DNA from: a virus | Lineage: Duplodnaviria > Caudoviricetes | DNA: 64,000 nt | Strand: one strand, 5' to 3' | Virus record (IMG/VR): IMGVR_UViG_3300025016_000004 | Shown here: piece by piece, positions 9,471 to 19,790 of the stretch | How positions within the stretch are numbered: position 1 is the first letter of the stretch | Layout of the letters: each line of letters begins with the position of its first letter | Translations under genes and position numbers: made by a program | The notes under the pieces: model-generated | Databases searched by the model: none | Seen by the model: the letters and a program-made list of their open reading frames with translations, nothing else | Told to the model about the DNA's origin: nothing

Positions 9471-9954
9471 ATTAAAAGAAAATAGCGGGCTTAATCTTAG
9501 CGTTAGTAAGGCAGATTATAAAGATAACGAGCAAACATTAGATAACGCTGTTGGTACTGATGGTTCAATAACTATTTCAAATAAACCTAAAGGGGTTGGG
9601 ATGACAACAGAATCTGATGTAAATGAGTCAATGAATGGTAATTCAGAACAACAAGCTTTTTTTGCTGGGTTAATTGAAGGTAATAGTTCACATGAAGGTA
9701 CTTTTGTTGGTGAGATGAGTAAAAATAGATTAGCTTTAATGGCTTGGGAGCGTTACAAATCGAATCAACTACCAGAAATTCCAGATGAAGAAAGGTTTGA
9801 AAGAGGTAATGAATATGGAATTAGAGGTGAGAGTTTTGATAAATTAATGGAAGATTTAAAAAAATCTAGTGCACCAAAAATTAAAATCAATGAAACTATC
9901 AACCCAAGAATTAAGAAATCAGATTTAATAAATTATATTAAAAACAAAAAATAA
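9454..9954 (+). CDS. Putative internal head protein
   Basis: LKE/VNE/INE motifs; overlaps neighbours. Confidence 0.55.
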   Translation: MSNKSKLKENSGLNLSVSKADYKDNEQTLDNAVGTDGSITISNKPKGVGMTTESDVNESMNGNSEQQAFFAGLIEGNSSHEGTFVGEMSKNRLALMAWERYKSNQLPEIPDEERFERGNEYGIRGESFDKLMEDLKKSSAPKIKINETINPRIKKSDLINYIKNKK

Positions 9955-11180
9955 TGTCAAATAAATATAGAGCACTTGCTATTAAATCTTTAAGTAAACC
10001 TAAAAAGAAAGGTAAGTTATTCGAAAGTAGAATGTCATACGATGACGCTCACAAAGAACGAATGGCACCAGCTTTAGAAAGACAACTTAGAGAAAAAACA
10101 CATTCATTAGGTAAGCACCCAGCTTTTCCTGATGATGATGAAAGTAACTTTGAAGAAAAGTTAATGTCTAAACGTTTTAAAGATGTTTTAAAGGCATTTA
10201 AAAGGCATCACGGTGTTGAAGAAATTAATGTTGATGAATTCTTAAGTGGGCAAGCTGATTTAATGAGACAAATTATTAAATTAGAACATAAACATGAAGA
10301 TGAGTTAATTGAAATGGCTATCAATATGGTTAGAGAAGAATTTGATGTAACTGAAGAAGATGTTATCATAGAAGCTAAATTTACTACTGATATGTCTTTA
10401 AATAAAGATATAAACAAATTAAAAATCAACCCAACAACAAATATTGAATTTGATAATCACGATGAGTTCGTTCAAGCTAATAAAGAAGTATATAAACGTA
10501 GAATGGTTAATGCTTTGATACAAGGTTCAGCTAAGAAAACAAACCATATGTTCCATATGATTGATGCAGAATTACAAGAATTAGAACCAATGTTACCTAA
10601 CTTGTACGCTAAATTAATGAGTGCCGCTGATTATATGTATATGGTTCAAGATGACCATAAACCTAGAATGATTGGTGGGATTGTAAACGTTGAATTTCCT
10701 AAGAGTGAGGGTGATATACCTAAAATCATTGTAGAGGCTATGACGTTGCCTGTATTGATTCATGAGATAGTTAAAGGTGTTATGGAGATACTTTCATATC
10801 ATGGTTTACCAAAAGACCCTAAAATCGCTCAATTTGTAATTGATAAAGCTGATTTTATGGCCGCTGAAAGTTGGGATATGAGATTAGGCCCACCAATTTG
10901 GGAAGCGTTTGCAGAATCAATTCCAGCGGAAGATTTTGGGTTAAAACATCATGTATATGTTGAATTGGTATCATTACCAGTTGATGAATTTAATAAAGCG
11001 TTGAAAGAAATTCTTATGGGTACTAGAGCTGGTAAAGCTAAGGTCGAAGAGATGTTGGAAAACGTTAAAGATGAATTAAAAAATGATGAATTTGATAATG
11101 CTATGGCTATGTTAAGTGATGATGATTACTTTGGGTCTGAAGATTTAGATAACTTAAATGACGAAGATTGGTTCATGTAA
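9954..11180 (+). CDS. Hypothetical protein upstream of terminase
   Basis: 408-aa ORF with acidic C-terminus, followed by a terminator. Confidence 0.65.
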   Translation: MSNKYRALAIKSLSKPKKKGKLFESRMSYDDAHKERMAPALERQLREKTHSLGKHPAFPDDDESNFEEKLMSKRFKDVLKAFKRHHGVEEINVDEFLSGQADLMRQIIKLEHKHEDELIEMAINMVREEFDVTEEDVIIEAKFTTDMSLNKDINKLKINPTTNIEFDNHDEFVQANKEVYKRRMVNALIQGSAKKTNHMFHMIDAELQELEPMLPNLYAKLMSAADYMYMVQDDHKPRMIGGIVNVEFPKSEGDIPKIIVEAMTLPVLIHEIVKGVMEILSYHGLPKDPKIAQFVIDKADFMAAESWDMRLGPPIWEAFAESIPAEDFGLKHHVYVELVSLPVDEFNKALKEILMGTRAGKAKVEEMLENVKDELKNDEFDNAMAMLSDDDYFGSEDLDNLNDEDWFM

Positions 11181-11201
11181 CCATAATATATTTAGTTTAC
11201 G

Positions 11202-11228
11202 AGGGCACCTTTAAAGTGCCCTTTTTTT
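11202..11228 (+). terminator. Rho-independent terminator
   Basis: AGGGCAC-ctttaaa-GTGCCCT followed by a T run. Confidence 0.8.
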
Positions 11229-11277
11229 GTTTTTAGGCATTTATAGCCACTTTTAGTATATTTATATATAAAAAAGT

Positions 11278-13140
11278 ATGCTTACAGCTGGTGAAGTATT
11301 AGAGGAATATGGTAAATGCCTAATGGACCCTTGCTATGCGATTACCGAATTTTTAAAAACATTCGATAAAACGCAAGAAGGTTTTGTGCCTTTTAAATTA
11401 TTCCCAAAACAAGTTGAAATTGTTGAAGCTTATAGAAATCATAGGTTCACAATGGTTACTAAACCTAGACAGGCTGGCGTATCTACTACAACAGCGGCCT
11501 ATGCTTCAGTTATATCAGTTTTTGCTGACCCTAACAACCCTGAACATATATTAATCCTTGCCAACAAACAAGACATGGCCTTTGAATTCTTGGATAAAAT
11601 TAAAGACTTTATTGTTCAATTTCCAAGATGGGTGTGGGGCTCTGATTATTATGGTACACCTGAAAAGGAAAGTAAATCAATATTCTCGACAGAATCTAAA
11701 AAAGAACTTAAATTACCTAACGGTAGTAGGATTAAAGCTGTTGCTACATCTAAAAACGCATTAAGGGGCTTCACACCTACTTGGTTAATTATGGATGAAG
11801 CTGCCTTCATCGATAATGGTGCGGTAACCTATACAACAGCGTTAACAGCTTTAGGTACTGGTGGTCGTGTTTCTTTAGTTTCTACACCTAACGGTTACGA
11901 TGAATTATATCATAAAACATATGAACAAGCAAAAAGTGGTGATAATGATTACCATGTAGTTGAAATGAAATGGTATCAAGACCCACGATACACCACAAAT
12001 CAAAATTCAAAACTAAGAGATTTAGTTTGGATTAATGAAGAAGATGAGACTGATATAATAAAAGAAGTTAAGTACATAAATTTCGGTGATTCTGAAGAAA
12101 CCGTTGAAGGTGTTTATGGTCATTATGAAGATATGATTAGAAAGGGTTATAAACCTAGTTCAAGTTGGTACGTTAGTATGTGTAGGGGTATGAACAATAA
12201 TAAACGTATGATTGCTCAAGAGCTTGATGTATCGTTTATTGGTTCTGGTGGTAACGTTATTGACACCAAAGATATTCAAAGACAGGAAAAATTATTTGTT
12301 ACTGAACCTAATTGGATTGAAAACGATGAGTTTGGTGAGATTTGGTTATGGGAAAAACCAATTGCTGGTCATCAATATATTTTATCTGCCGATGTTGCTA
12401 GAGGTGATGGGGAAGATTATTCAACCATTATCATATTAGATTTCACTACAATGACTCAAGTCATGGAATTTAGAGCTAAATTACAATCTGATTTATTAGG
12501 TTATGTAGTTGATAAATGGGCTAGAATTTATGAAGCTTTGGTTGTGGTTGATATTACTGGTGGTATTGGAGTTGGAACTGTTAATAAATGTATGGAAATT
12601 GGTACACCTAATTTATATTATGGTGAAACAACTAACAAACCACTTGATAAGAAAACTAATAAGGTTAAATTTGAGAGTGATGAAGGTAAGTATCCAGGTT
12701 TTAACTGTTCGGCTGGGCTTAGAACGCCAGTAGTTGCTCGTTTTGAAATGATGATTAGAACTATGGGTGTTAAAGTTCGTTCTAGGAGATTAATTTCAGA
12801 AATGAATACATTCGTATTTAAAAACGGTAGAGCTGACCATCAAGATGGATTTCACGATGATTTAATTATGGCTATGGCTTATGCATTGTGGGTAGCTGAA
12901 TATTCATTTAAAAAATTAGCTGTAGCTAAAGAGAAAACTAAAGCAATGTTAAGCGCATGGTCAATAAATAACGCTGGTAATAGAGCACCTAGTGATGGTT
13001 ATATTAGTGACGCTTTCATTTCTAAGACAGATAGACAGAAAAAAGTAACAGCTAAACAGCCTAAATTCACACCACAGGTTGCAAAAAATATGCAAGACCC
13101 TACAGGTAAATACATGTGGTTATTTAGTGGTAGTAGATAA
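11278..13140 (+). CDS. terL: Terminase large subunit (T4 gp17-like)
   Basis: KPRQAGVSTT Walker A, LIMDEAAF Walker B, VSTPNG, nuclease ADVARGDGEDYS and HDDLIMA. Confidence 0.93.
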   Translation: MLTAGEVLEEYGKCLMDPCYAITEFLKTFDKTQEGFVPFKLFPKQVEIVEAYRNHRFTMVTKPRQAGVSTTTAAYASVISVFADPNNPEHILILANKQDMAFEFLDKIKDFIVQFPRWVWGSDYYGTPEKESKSIFSTESKKELKLPNGSRIKAVATSKNALRGFTPTWLIMDEAAFIDNGAVTYTTALTALGTGGRVSLVSTPNGYDELYHKTYEQAKSGDNDYHVVEMKWYQDPRYTTNQNSKLRDLVWINEEDETDIIKEVKYINFGDSEETVEGVYGHYEDMIRKGYKPSSSWYVSMCRGMNNNKRMIAQELDVSFIGSGGNVIDTKDIQRQEKLFVTEPNWIENDEFGEIWLWEKPIAGHQYILSADVARGDGEDYSTIIILDFTTMTQVMEFRAKLQSDLLGYVVDKWARIYEALVVVDITGGIGVGTVNKCMEIGTPNLYYGETTNKPLDKKTNKVKFESDEGKYPGFNCSAGLRTPVVARFEMMIRTMGVKVRSRRLISEMNTFVFKNGRADHQDGFHDDLIMAMAYALWVAEYSFKKLAVAKEKTKAMLSAWSINNAGNRAPSDGYISDAFISKTDRQKKVTAKQPKFTPQVAKNMQDPTGKYMWLFSGSR

Positions 13141-13199
13141 TAAATAAATTACTATTGATTAATATCAAAAATTTAGTATAATATATAAAAGATTAAAAA

Positions 13200-16100
13200 A
13201 TGACACAACAAAAGTTAACAGTATTTCAAAAACTAGGTAATGTTTTTGGTAAAGATGGGTTAAACCCACATGTTAAAAAAACCAACAAATATTCGTTAGG
13301 TAATAGTGAGTTACTTAAAACTCAAGATAAAGGTGAGTTTGAAGTTGCTAAATTACAAGCGCAACAAAATAAGTATTTACTTAATCAATGGCAAAAAGTT
13401 GATGGTGAATTATATCAACAAGCTATCCATTATGAAACAACAAGAATTGGTTCATATTCTGATTTTGAAACTATGGAATTCTATCCAGAAATTTCAGCTA
13501 CTTTAGATATTTTCATGGAAGAATCAACAACACCAAATGATAAGGGTGATGTAATCAATGTATATTCAGGTAGTAAACGTGTTAAAAGAATATTGGAAGA
13601 TTTATTAATCAATAGATTAGATATTCACACATCTTTACCTATGTGGACCAGAAACCTTCCCGTAAGAGAGGATAGTATAATTCCATTATTGGATGGAACT
13701 GAGGTAACTATTAAAGATTTATCCAAAATAATTAAAAATGGTGAAGAAGTTTGGTCTTATGCAATTCAAGATAATACCAAGGCGATTGTACCAAGTAAAA
13801 TTATTTGGTGTGACCTTACAAGAAAGAATAGTGAATTATTTAGAGTGACCTTTGATGATGGGACGCATATTGATACCACACCAGACCATGAGTATATGCT
13901 TAGGGACGGTTCATTCAAGAGAGCTGACCAGTTGAGTAAGGGGCAGTCGTTGATGCCGTTTTATACTAGAAAAAGTGAAAAGAAAAAAGATTGCATAGAT
14001 GGTTATGAAAAAGTTTATAACCCATCAACTGGTAAGTATAAATTTACACATTCTATGGTTTCACATCAGTGTGTCCGAGATTTGGATTATGAAAAATCTA
14101 TTGGGTGTCAATTTGATACTCACCACGTAGATTTTAATAAATTGAATAATGACCCACGTAATTTAAATAGAATGACGCATTCTGACCACTTTAAATTACA
14201 TGTTAAACATTTTGATAAAATATTAGGTTCACCAGAGGTTATTAAAAAAAGAATGGATGGGATTGATAAATACTTAAGGTCTGATGAGAGAAAAGAACGA
14301 CTTTCTTTAGAAATGAGTGGAATTTACCCAAAATATTTCGAAGAATATAATAATAGTGAGTTACATAGCGAACATAATTTAACCAATTGGAAATCTGGTG
14401 AGTTCATACAAAAAACTAAAAAAGGTATGACGATTGAACTAACAGATGGGTGTTTAAATTATATTTCTGATTTAATTATTAAATCAGATAAATTCATCCC
14501 TATTAGTAAATTATCCAAATTATTAAAAGGTGATGATAAATTTATAGAATTATTTAAAATAAATTATAGATTAAGAAAGGATATTACTAAATCAATTAAC
14601 AAAACCACTTTAAATAAAAATTTAATTAGAAAGATTGGTTTGAATTACTTTGACTATGTATCATCAATTAACCCAAGTTTAGTGTTAGATAAGGGTTACA
14701 TAAAAGCTAAATCAATTAGTTTAGGTAGAAAAAAAGAAAAGGTTTTACTAAATCATAAAGTGGTTTCTGTTGTTAAATTAACTGAAACTTCTGATGTATA
14801 TTGTTTAGAGGCAGTTGGTCCAAATGGTGAAAGTGATAGACATAATTTCCCAATTTGTAGTAAAGATTCTAATAATCAACATACTAGAGGTGGTGTATTT
14901 TTGTCCAACTGTAAATATGGGGATAATTTTGTTCATTTAAATATAGACCAAACTGCTGGTATCATAGGTGCTAGACAATTACCTAATTTTGAGATAGAGC
15001 GTAGAGAAAATGATATTCAAGGTATTATATCACAATCTCAGTTAGAGGGGGTTAATGCTGATGAAGGTAAAAATAAAACTAGATTCTTTTGGAAGGGTAG
15101 GGATATTACATTTAATTCTTGGCAAATAGCTCACTTTAGATTATTAGGTGATGATAGAAAATTACCTTATGGAACTTGTTTAAAAGGTGATACTAGAATT
15201 AATACCATCGATGGGGTTAAAGAAATTTCGGAAATTAAAAAAGGTGATATAGTTTATAGTTTTAACATTAAGACACAGTCTATAGAATCATCACCAGTTT
15301 TAGATACGATAAATTCTGGTAAAAAAGAATGTTTTAGAATTGGTAGTAGACACAATTTTGTTGATGCCTCTAAAGAACATAAAATATTAATATTAGAAAA
15401 TGATGAGTTTATTTATAAAAATGTGTTAGATTTAAAATTAGGTGATTTATTAGTAATTAATAAAAATGAAAAAACTAAAGAACTTATTAAAATAGATAAA
15501 AGTAAACCAAATGATAATAAAAATGGGTGGTCTAATGATATGGATTTATTTCCAGATTATGTAAATGAAGATTTTGCACAATTATTTGGCTTTTTAATTG
15601 GCGATGGATGGGTAAATCACACAGTAAATACGGTATCTTTTGTCTTAGGTGAGGATGAAGAAACAAATGAATATTACATAAATTTATTAAAAAAATTCAG
15701 TGGTGGTAATCCTAGAGTTGTAAATAATGGTAATCAAGTAGTTTTATCATCTAAATTATTATCAACAATTTTAGAAAGGATGGGATTCAAAGGAAAGTCA
15801 TACGAAAAAAGATTACCAAAATGGATTTACAATACAACCCCTGAAATACAAAAATCATTACTAGCTGGTTTAATGGATGCCGATGGTTGGTGGACTAAAG
15901 ATGAGTGGGTTGTTGGTTGTCATATTGAATTGAATAATGAACAATTAATTAAAGATTTAAAGATATTATTACAACGAATTGGTTATAAGTCTGGGTCAAT
16001 TAGAAGTAGGGTTAGAAAATCCCCAATTATTGAAGGTCGTGAAATTAAAAATGTTAGAGAAAGTTTTATGATAACATTTTTTGATTCATATTTAACCCAA

Positions 16101-17531
16101 ATGAAAAAATATGAAAATAGTAATAGGTTATTGGATAACTATATATTAGAGCCGATTACTATAATTGAAAGTATTGGTGAATTTGAGACATTCGATATTT
16201 ATGTGGAAAATGAAAATCATAATTTTTATGCTAATAATATTGTGGTTCATAATAGTTTCTTAGAAAAAGCAAGACGTATCTGGAAACAATTGATATTGGC
16301 TGAAGATGCTATGCTTGTTTATCGTGTAACTAGAGCACCAGAAAGACGTGTATATAAAATATTTGTTGGTAACATTGATAATGAGGATATTCCTGCTTAC
16401 GTAGATGAAATTGCAAATAGATTTAAACGTTCTCCACTTATTGACCCACAAACTGGTCAAATGGATTTAAGATACAATCAATTAGGTATTGACCAAGATA
16501 TTTTCGTTCCAACAAGAAGTGAAGATGCGGCCACACCAATTGATACCCTTCCAGGTGCGCAAAACTTAGACCAAATCGCTGATATTGAATACTTACAAAG
16601 AAAATTATTCACAGCGTTAAGAGTTCCAAAAACATTTTTAGGTTTTGAGGAACCAACAGGTGAGGGTAAAAACCTTGCATTGCAAGATATTAGATTCTCA
16701 AGAACTATAAACAGAATTCAACAAGCAATGCTTCACGAATTAAATAAAATTGCGATTATCCATTTATACTTAATGGGCTTCCATGATGATATAGATAATT
16801 TCACATTAACGCTTAATAACCCATCAACTCAAGCTGAAATGCTTAAGATTGAACATACTGCGGCTAAAGTAACTCTTTACAAAGATGCTGTAGCTGATGC
16901 TGGTAACGGTTTTGGTGCTATGTCAATGACTAGAGCTAAAAGAGAAATCTTAGGTTGGAGTGATGATGAAATTAAGCAAGATTTACTTGAACAAAGAATT
17001 GAAAAGGCTGCGGCTGCTGAATTAGAAAACACTGCTAATGTAATTAAAAATACTGGTGTATTTGATAGAGTAGATAGAGTTTATGGTGATATGGAAATGG
17101 CTAAAATCGGTGGTCAAGTTGATGAAGAAGGTAATGCTGCTGGTGAATCTGGTGGTAGTGCTGGAGGTGGTGGCGGCTTTGGTGGCGGCTTCGATGCTGG
17201 TGAATTAGATTTGGGTGATGAAGAAATTGATACTGAAGGTGAAGAAGGGTTAGGTGAAATTGGGGGTGAAGAAGGATTAGGTGGACCTGAAGCTGGACCT
17301 GAAGATACTACAACTGAAGAAGGTACAACTAAAAAAGGTAGATTAATCAATGAAACGGTTAATAAAAAACCTAAAGACATTTCTACTAAAAAGTACTTAG
17401 AACTGTTAAATGAAAGTGTTAGTGAAGATGATAAGAACAACAACGAAATCACTAAGATTTACGATAAATCCATCAAATTTAATGATGATTTAAATTCAAT
17501 GATTAATGAAATAGATTCGAAATTGGGATAA
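13200..17531 (+). CDS. gp20: Portal protein (T4 gp20-like) with two inteins; predicted spliced length 667 aa
   Basis: YSDFETMEFYPEISATLD, WTRNL/CKYGD, LPYGT/SFLEKARRIWKQLILAEDAMLVYRVTRAPERRVY, YLQRKLFTALRVP. Confidence 0.92.
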   Translation: MTQQKLTVFQKLGNVFGKDGLNPHVKKTNKYSLGNSELLKTQDKGEFEVAKLQAQQNKYLLNQWQKVDGELYQQAIHYETTRIGSYSDFETMEFYPEISATLDIFMEESTTPNDKGDVINVYSGSKRVKRILEDLLINRLDIHTSLPMWTRNLPVREDSIIPLLDGTEVTIKDLSKIIKNGEEVWSYAIQDNTKAIVPSKIIWCDLTRKNSELFRVTFDDGTHIDTTPDHEYMLRDGSFKRADQLSKGQSLMPFYTRKSEKKKDCIDGYEKVYNPSTGKYKFTHSMVSHQCVRDLDYEKSIGCQFDTHHVDFNKLNNDPRNLNRMTHSDHFKLHVKHFDKILGSPEVIKKRMDGIDKYLRSDERKERLSLEMSGIYPKYFEEYNNSELHSEHNLTNWKSGEFIQKTKKGMTIELTDGCLNYISDLIIKSDKFIPISKLSKLLKGDDKFIELFKINYRLRKDITKSINKTTLNKNLIRKIGLNYFDYVSSINPSLVLDKGYIKAKSISLGRKKEKVLLNHKVVSVVKLTETSDVYCLEAVGPNGESDRHNFPICSKDSNNQHTRGGVFLSNCKYGDNFVHLNIDQTAGIIGARQLPNFEIERRENDIQGIISQSQLEGVNADEGKNKTRFFWKGRDITFNSWQIAHFRLLGDDRKLPYGTCLKGDTRINTIDGVKEISEIKKGDIVYSFNIKTQSIESSPVLDTINSGKKECFRIGSRHNFVDASKEHKILILENDEFIYKNVLDLKLGDLLVINKNEKTKELIKIDKSKPNDNKNGWSNDMDLFPDYVNEDFAQLFGFLIGDGWVNHTVNTVSFVLGEDEETNEYYINLLKKFSGGNPRVVNNGNQVVLSSKLLSTILERMGFKGKSYEKRLPKWIYNTTPEIQKSLLAGLMDADGWWTKDEWVVGCHIELNNEQLIKDLKILLQRIGYKSGSIRSRVRKSPIIEGREIKNVRESFMITFFDSYLTQMKKYENSNRLLDNYILEPITIIESIGEFETFDIYVENENHNFYANNIVVHNSFLEKARRIWKQLILAEDAMLVYRVTRAPERRVYKIFVGNIDNEDIPAYVDEIANRFKRSPLIDPQTGQMDLRYNQLGIDQDIFVPTRSEDAATPIDTLPGAQNLDQIADIEYLQRKLFTALRVPKTFLGFEEPTGEGKNLALQDIRFSRTINRIQQAMLHELNKIAIIHLYLMGFHDDIDNFTLTLNNPSTQAEMLKIEHTAAKVTLYKDAVADAGNGFGAMSMTRAKREILGWSDDEIKQDLLEQRIEKAAAAELENTANVIKNTGVFDRVDRVYGDMEMAKIGGQVDEEGNAAGESGGSAGGGGGFGGGFDAGELDLGDEEIDTEGEEGLGEIGGEEGLGGPEAGPEDTTTEEGTTKKGRLINETVNKKPKDISTKKYLELLNESVSEDDKNNNEITKIYDKSIKFNDDLNSMINEIDSKLG
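13659..14909 (+). mobile_element. Portal intein 1: Pro1, HNH-containing, 417 aa
   Basis: WTRNL|PVREDSIIPLLDG...TTPDH...HHVDFNKLNNDPRNL...DVYCLEA...GVFLSN|CKYGD. Confidence 0.85.
15177..16253 (+). mobile_element. Portal intein 2: canonical Cys1 LAGLIDADG intein, 359 aa
   Basis: PYGT|CLKGDTRI...FGFLIGDG...LAGLMDADG...IVVHN|SFLE. Confidence 0.92.
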
Positions 17532-17579
17532 TAATTGTTTTTATATTAATTATAACATATTTATTATAAAAAAGGAACA

Positions 17580-18359
17580 ATGCAAAATTTTGGACAAATA
17601 AATGAGACTTTTAAGAATATACTAGTTGATAGTATAATCACAAAAGACAAAAAAGGTAAAAGTGTTTTCAAAGCTTATGTTAAAGCTTTGAAAGAAAACA
17701 AAATATTAAAAACCCAATATTCGGTTTACCAAAAATTAGAAAATAAAGTCAATGTTGCTAACGAAGAAGAACGTTCAGCAATATTTGTTGAAGAGTGTAT
17801 TTCTATGTTACAAAAATTAGGTAGAGATAATATAGTTGAAACTAACAATAAATTGGTTAATTTTCTAAAGAAAAATGGTTATAAGGTTTATGCTGATGAA
17901 TATGATTTCAAATCACTTCATGAGCATATAAACAATGTGGCTTTTTTAGAAAGAAATGTTAAAAATGTTAATACTATAGTTGAATCTAAAATGTTCATTA
18001 AAAGCTTTTCAAATTTAACTGAGAAAAAAGAATATAAAGTGGTTGAGCCTTATTCAAATAAAATGCTATTACCATTATTGAAGAATAAATTCAATGAAAA
18101 ATACGCTAATTTAAGTGAATTAGAAAAGAAAGTAATTAAATTAAGTATTAATGGTACGGATAGTGATAAAAAGGAATTATATTCTGGAACTATTAAAGAA
18201 TGTGTAGCGTTGGTAAATGAACAACTTAAAGAATGTTCTATAAACCAAAAAGACACTTTATTACAAGTAAAAGATAAGTTATTAAGATATAACTTTAATT
18301 TAGATAACTTTGCATCAGAAATGAGTGAAATGAATTATTTAAAAACAACATTAAATTAA
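17580..18359 (+). CDS. Hypothetical head-module protein (possible prohead core component)
   Basis: Directly after portal; ATATTTAT at 17557-17564; helical composition. Confidence 0.55.
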   Translation: MQNFGQINETFKNILVDSIITKDKKGKSVFKAYVKALKENKILKTQYSVYQKLENKVNVANEEERSAIFVEECISMLQKLGRDNIVETNNKLVNFLKKNGYKVYADEYDFKSLHEHINNVAFLERNVKNVNTIVESKMFIKSFSNLTEKKEYKVVEPYSNKMLLPLLKNKFNEKYANLSELEKKVIKLSINGTDSDKKELYSGTIKECVALVNEQLKECSINQKDTLLQVKDKLLRYNFNLDNFASEMSEMNYLKTTLN

Positions 18360-18362
18360 AAA

Positions 18363-18659
18363 ATGAATTTTTTATTACAAACTGGTGTTGCGCCAGAAAT
18401 ACTATCTTGGCTAGTACAACAAGCACCAGTTATTGTTGTAATGGGAGCTGCTATTTATTGGTTAGCTAAAAAATTAAATAAAGCTGAAACTGATAAAGAC
18501 GATTTAGCAAAAGATGTTATCAAATTAACAACTTTATGGGAAGAAAAAAGTGATAAAATTGATGCTAAAAGTGATAAAATCGATGAACGTAATCTAAAAC
18601 TAACTGAACAGATTTTAGAATTACTTCGGGATATTAAATTAATAGTGAGTAAACAATAA
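18363..18659 (+). CDS. Small membrane protein (one transmembrane helix plus coiled coil), holin-like
   Basis: APVIVVMGAAIYWLAKK hydrophobic stretch followed by a charged heptad tail. Confidence 0.5.
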   Translation: MNFLLQTGVAPEILSWLVQQAPVIVVMGAAIYWLAKKLNKAETDKDDLAKDVIKLTTLWEEKSDKIDAKSDKIDERNLKLTEQILELLRDIKLIVSKQ

Positions 18660-18660
18660 A

Positions 18661-19161
18661 ATGAAAAGTATAATCGATAGATTTTTTCCAGAGAAAAACG
18701 AAAATTACACAAAAGCTATATATGGTCTTGCAAACTTTAAGAAAAGTTTTGATGGTTTCGTTATTGCATTTCCAGATATAACTCCTAATGAAATTATGTT
18801 TGTTAAGGAGAAATGGGAAGAGTTACCTAAAAGTATTTCTAATGGTGTTAAAATTATGGCACTTAGTTTTATTGATGATTATAAAACACTATTGACTTCT
18901 TATAACCCTAATTCTTATGTTATGCCACACAAACATGATGAAGAATTTGAATACGGTTTAGTTATTAAAGGTGAATTGATTGATAAGTTTACAGGCAATC
19001 GTTACAAGGTTGGTGATAGATATGAGTTTGAACCAAAACAACTACACTATTTATGTTCAACCCAAAGAGGTTGTTTGGTATATTCTACATTAAGTGTTAA
19101 TAGCGGGCCAGACGAATTACCAATAACAAAAGACGTAAAAAAAATACTTTCTTACATATAA
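18661..19161 (+). CDS. Cupin-domain protein
   Basis: MPHKHDEEFEYGLVIKGEL...FEPKQLHYL cupin metal motif. Confidence 0.7.
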   Translation: MKSIIDRFFPEKNENYTKAIYGLANFKKSFDGFVIAFPDITPNEIMFVKEKWEELPKSISNGVKIMALSFIDDYKTLLTSYNPNSYVMPHKHDEEFEYGLVIKGELIDKFTGNRYKVGDRYEFEPKQLHYLCSTQRGCLVYSTLSVNSGPDELPITKDVKKILSYI

Positions 19162-19231
19162 CTAGCATATTTTCAGTCGTTAACAACTATTACTAAATTA
19201 TAAATACCTGGTTTTATGGTCGTTAGACCAC

Positions 19232-19261
19232 TTGACTTTTAGCCAAGATGTCGTATATTTG
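19232..19261 (+). promoter_or_regulatory. Bacteroidota-type promoter
   Basis: TTG (19232-19234), 19 nt, TATATTTG (19254-19261); implies the true start is ATG 19266. Confidence 0.7.
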
Positions 19262-19265
19262 TAGC

Positions 19266-19733
19266 ATGAGATATAATAGAGGAACAGAAGTAACATTAGA
19301 CAAGTTTAAATCATTAAACGTTGTTATTGGGTCAATTGATAAGTATAACCCAAAAACTTTATACATTAGAATTAGTGGTTGGGGTAACCCAATTAATTAT
19401 TATGAAAATAATGACTATAAAGTCATAATAAGAAATTTCGATAAAAAAATTAGAAGTTGTTTATTTAGAGAATTAAACTCAGATTTTAATAAAACCATGA
19501 CTATGGTTGATTTAGATATGAGGGATTCTGGCATTGTTGATAATAAATCCAGTTTCATGAGTTGCGAAATAACCTTATTTCAAACAAATAATTATTTGTT
19601 AGATTCTGAAGATATATCTAAAGAACTTAATCGGGTAATTAAACTTGTATTAAAGGATGTATTCGAAAATAACAATCATTTCAAATTTTTTAAGAAAAAA
19701 AAGTCAGCAAAAGAATTATTAATTAAAGCCTAA
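19266..19733 (+). CDS. Hypothetical protein
   Basis: ORF track 19248-19733; start moved to ATG 19266 because of the promoter position. Confidence 0.6.
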   Translation: MRYNRGTEVTLDKFKSLNVVIGSIDKYNPKTLYIRISGWGNPINYYENNDYKVIIRNFDKKIRSCLFRELNSDFNKTMTMVDLDMRDSGIVDNKSSFMSCEITLFQTNNYLLDSEDISKELNRVIKLVLKDVFENNNHFKFFKKKKSAKELLIKA

Positions 19734-19754
19734 TCATAAAGATTAGGTTTTTTT
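19728..19754 (+). terminator. Rho-independent terminator
   Basis: GCCTAATC-ataaa-GATTAGGT followed by a T run. Confidence 0.7.
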
Positions 19755-19790
19755 ATGTTTATTAGCATATTTATTGAGAAAGAGTATAAT

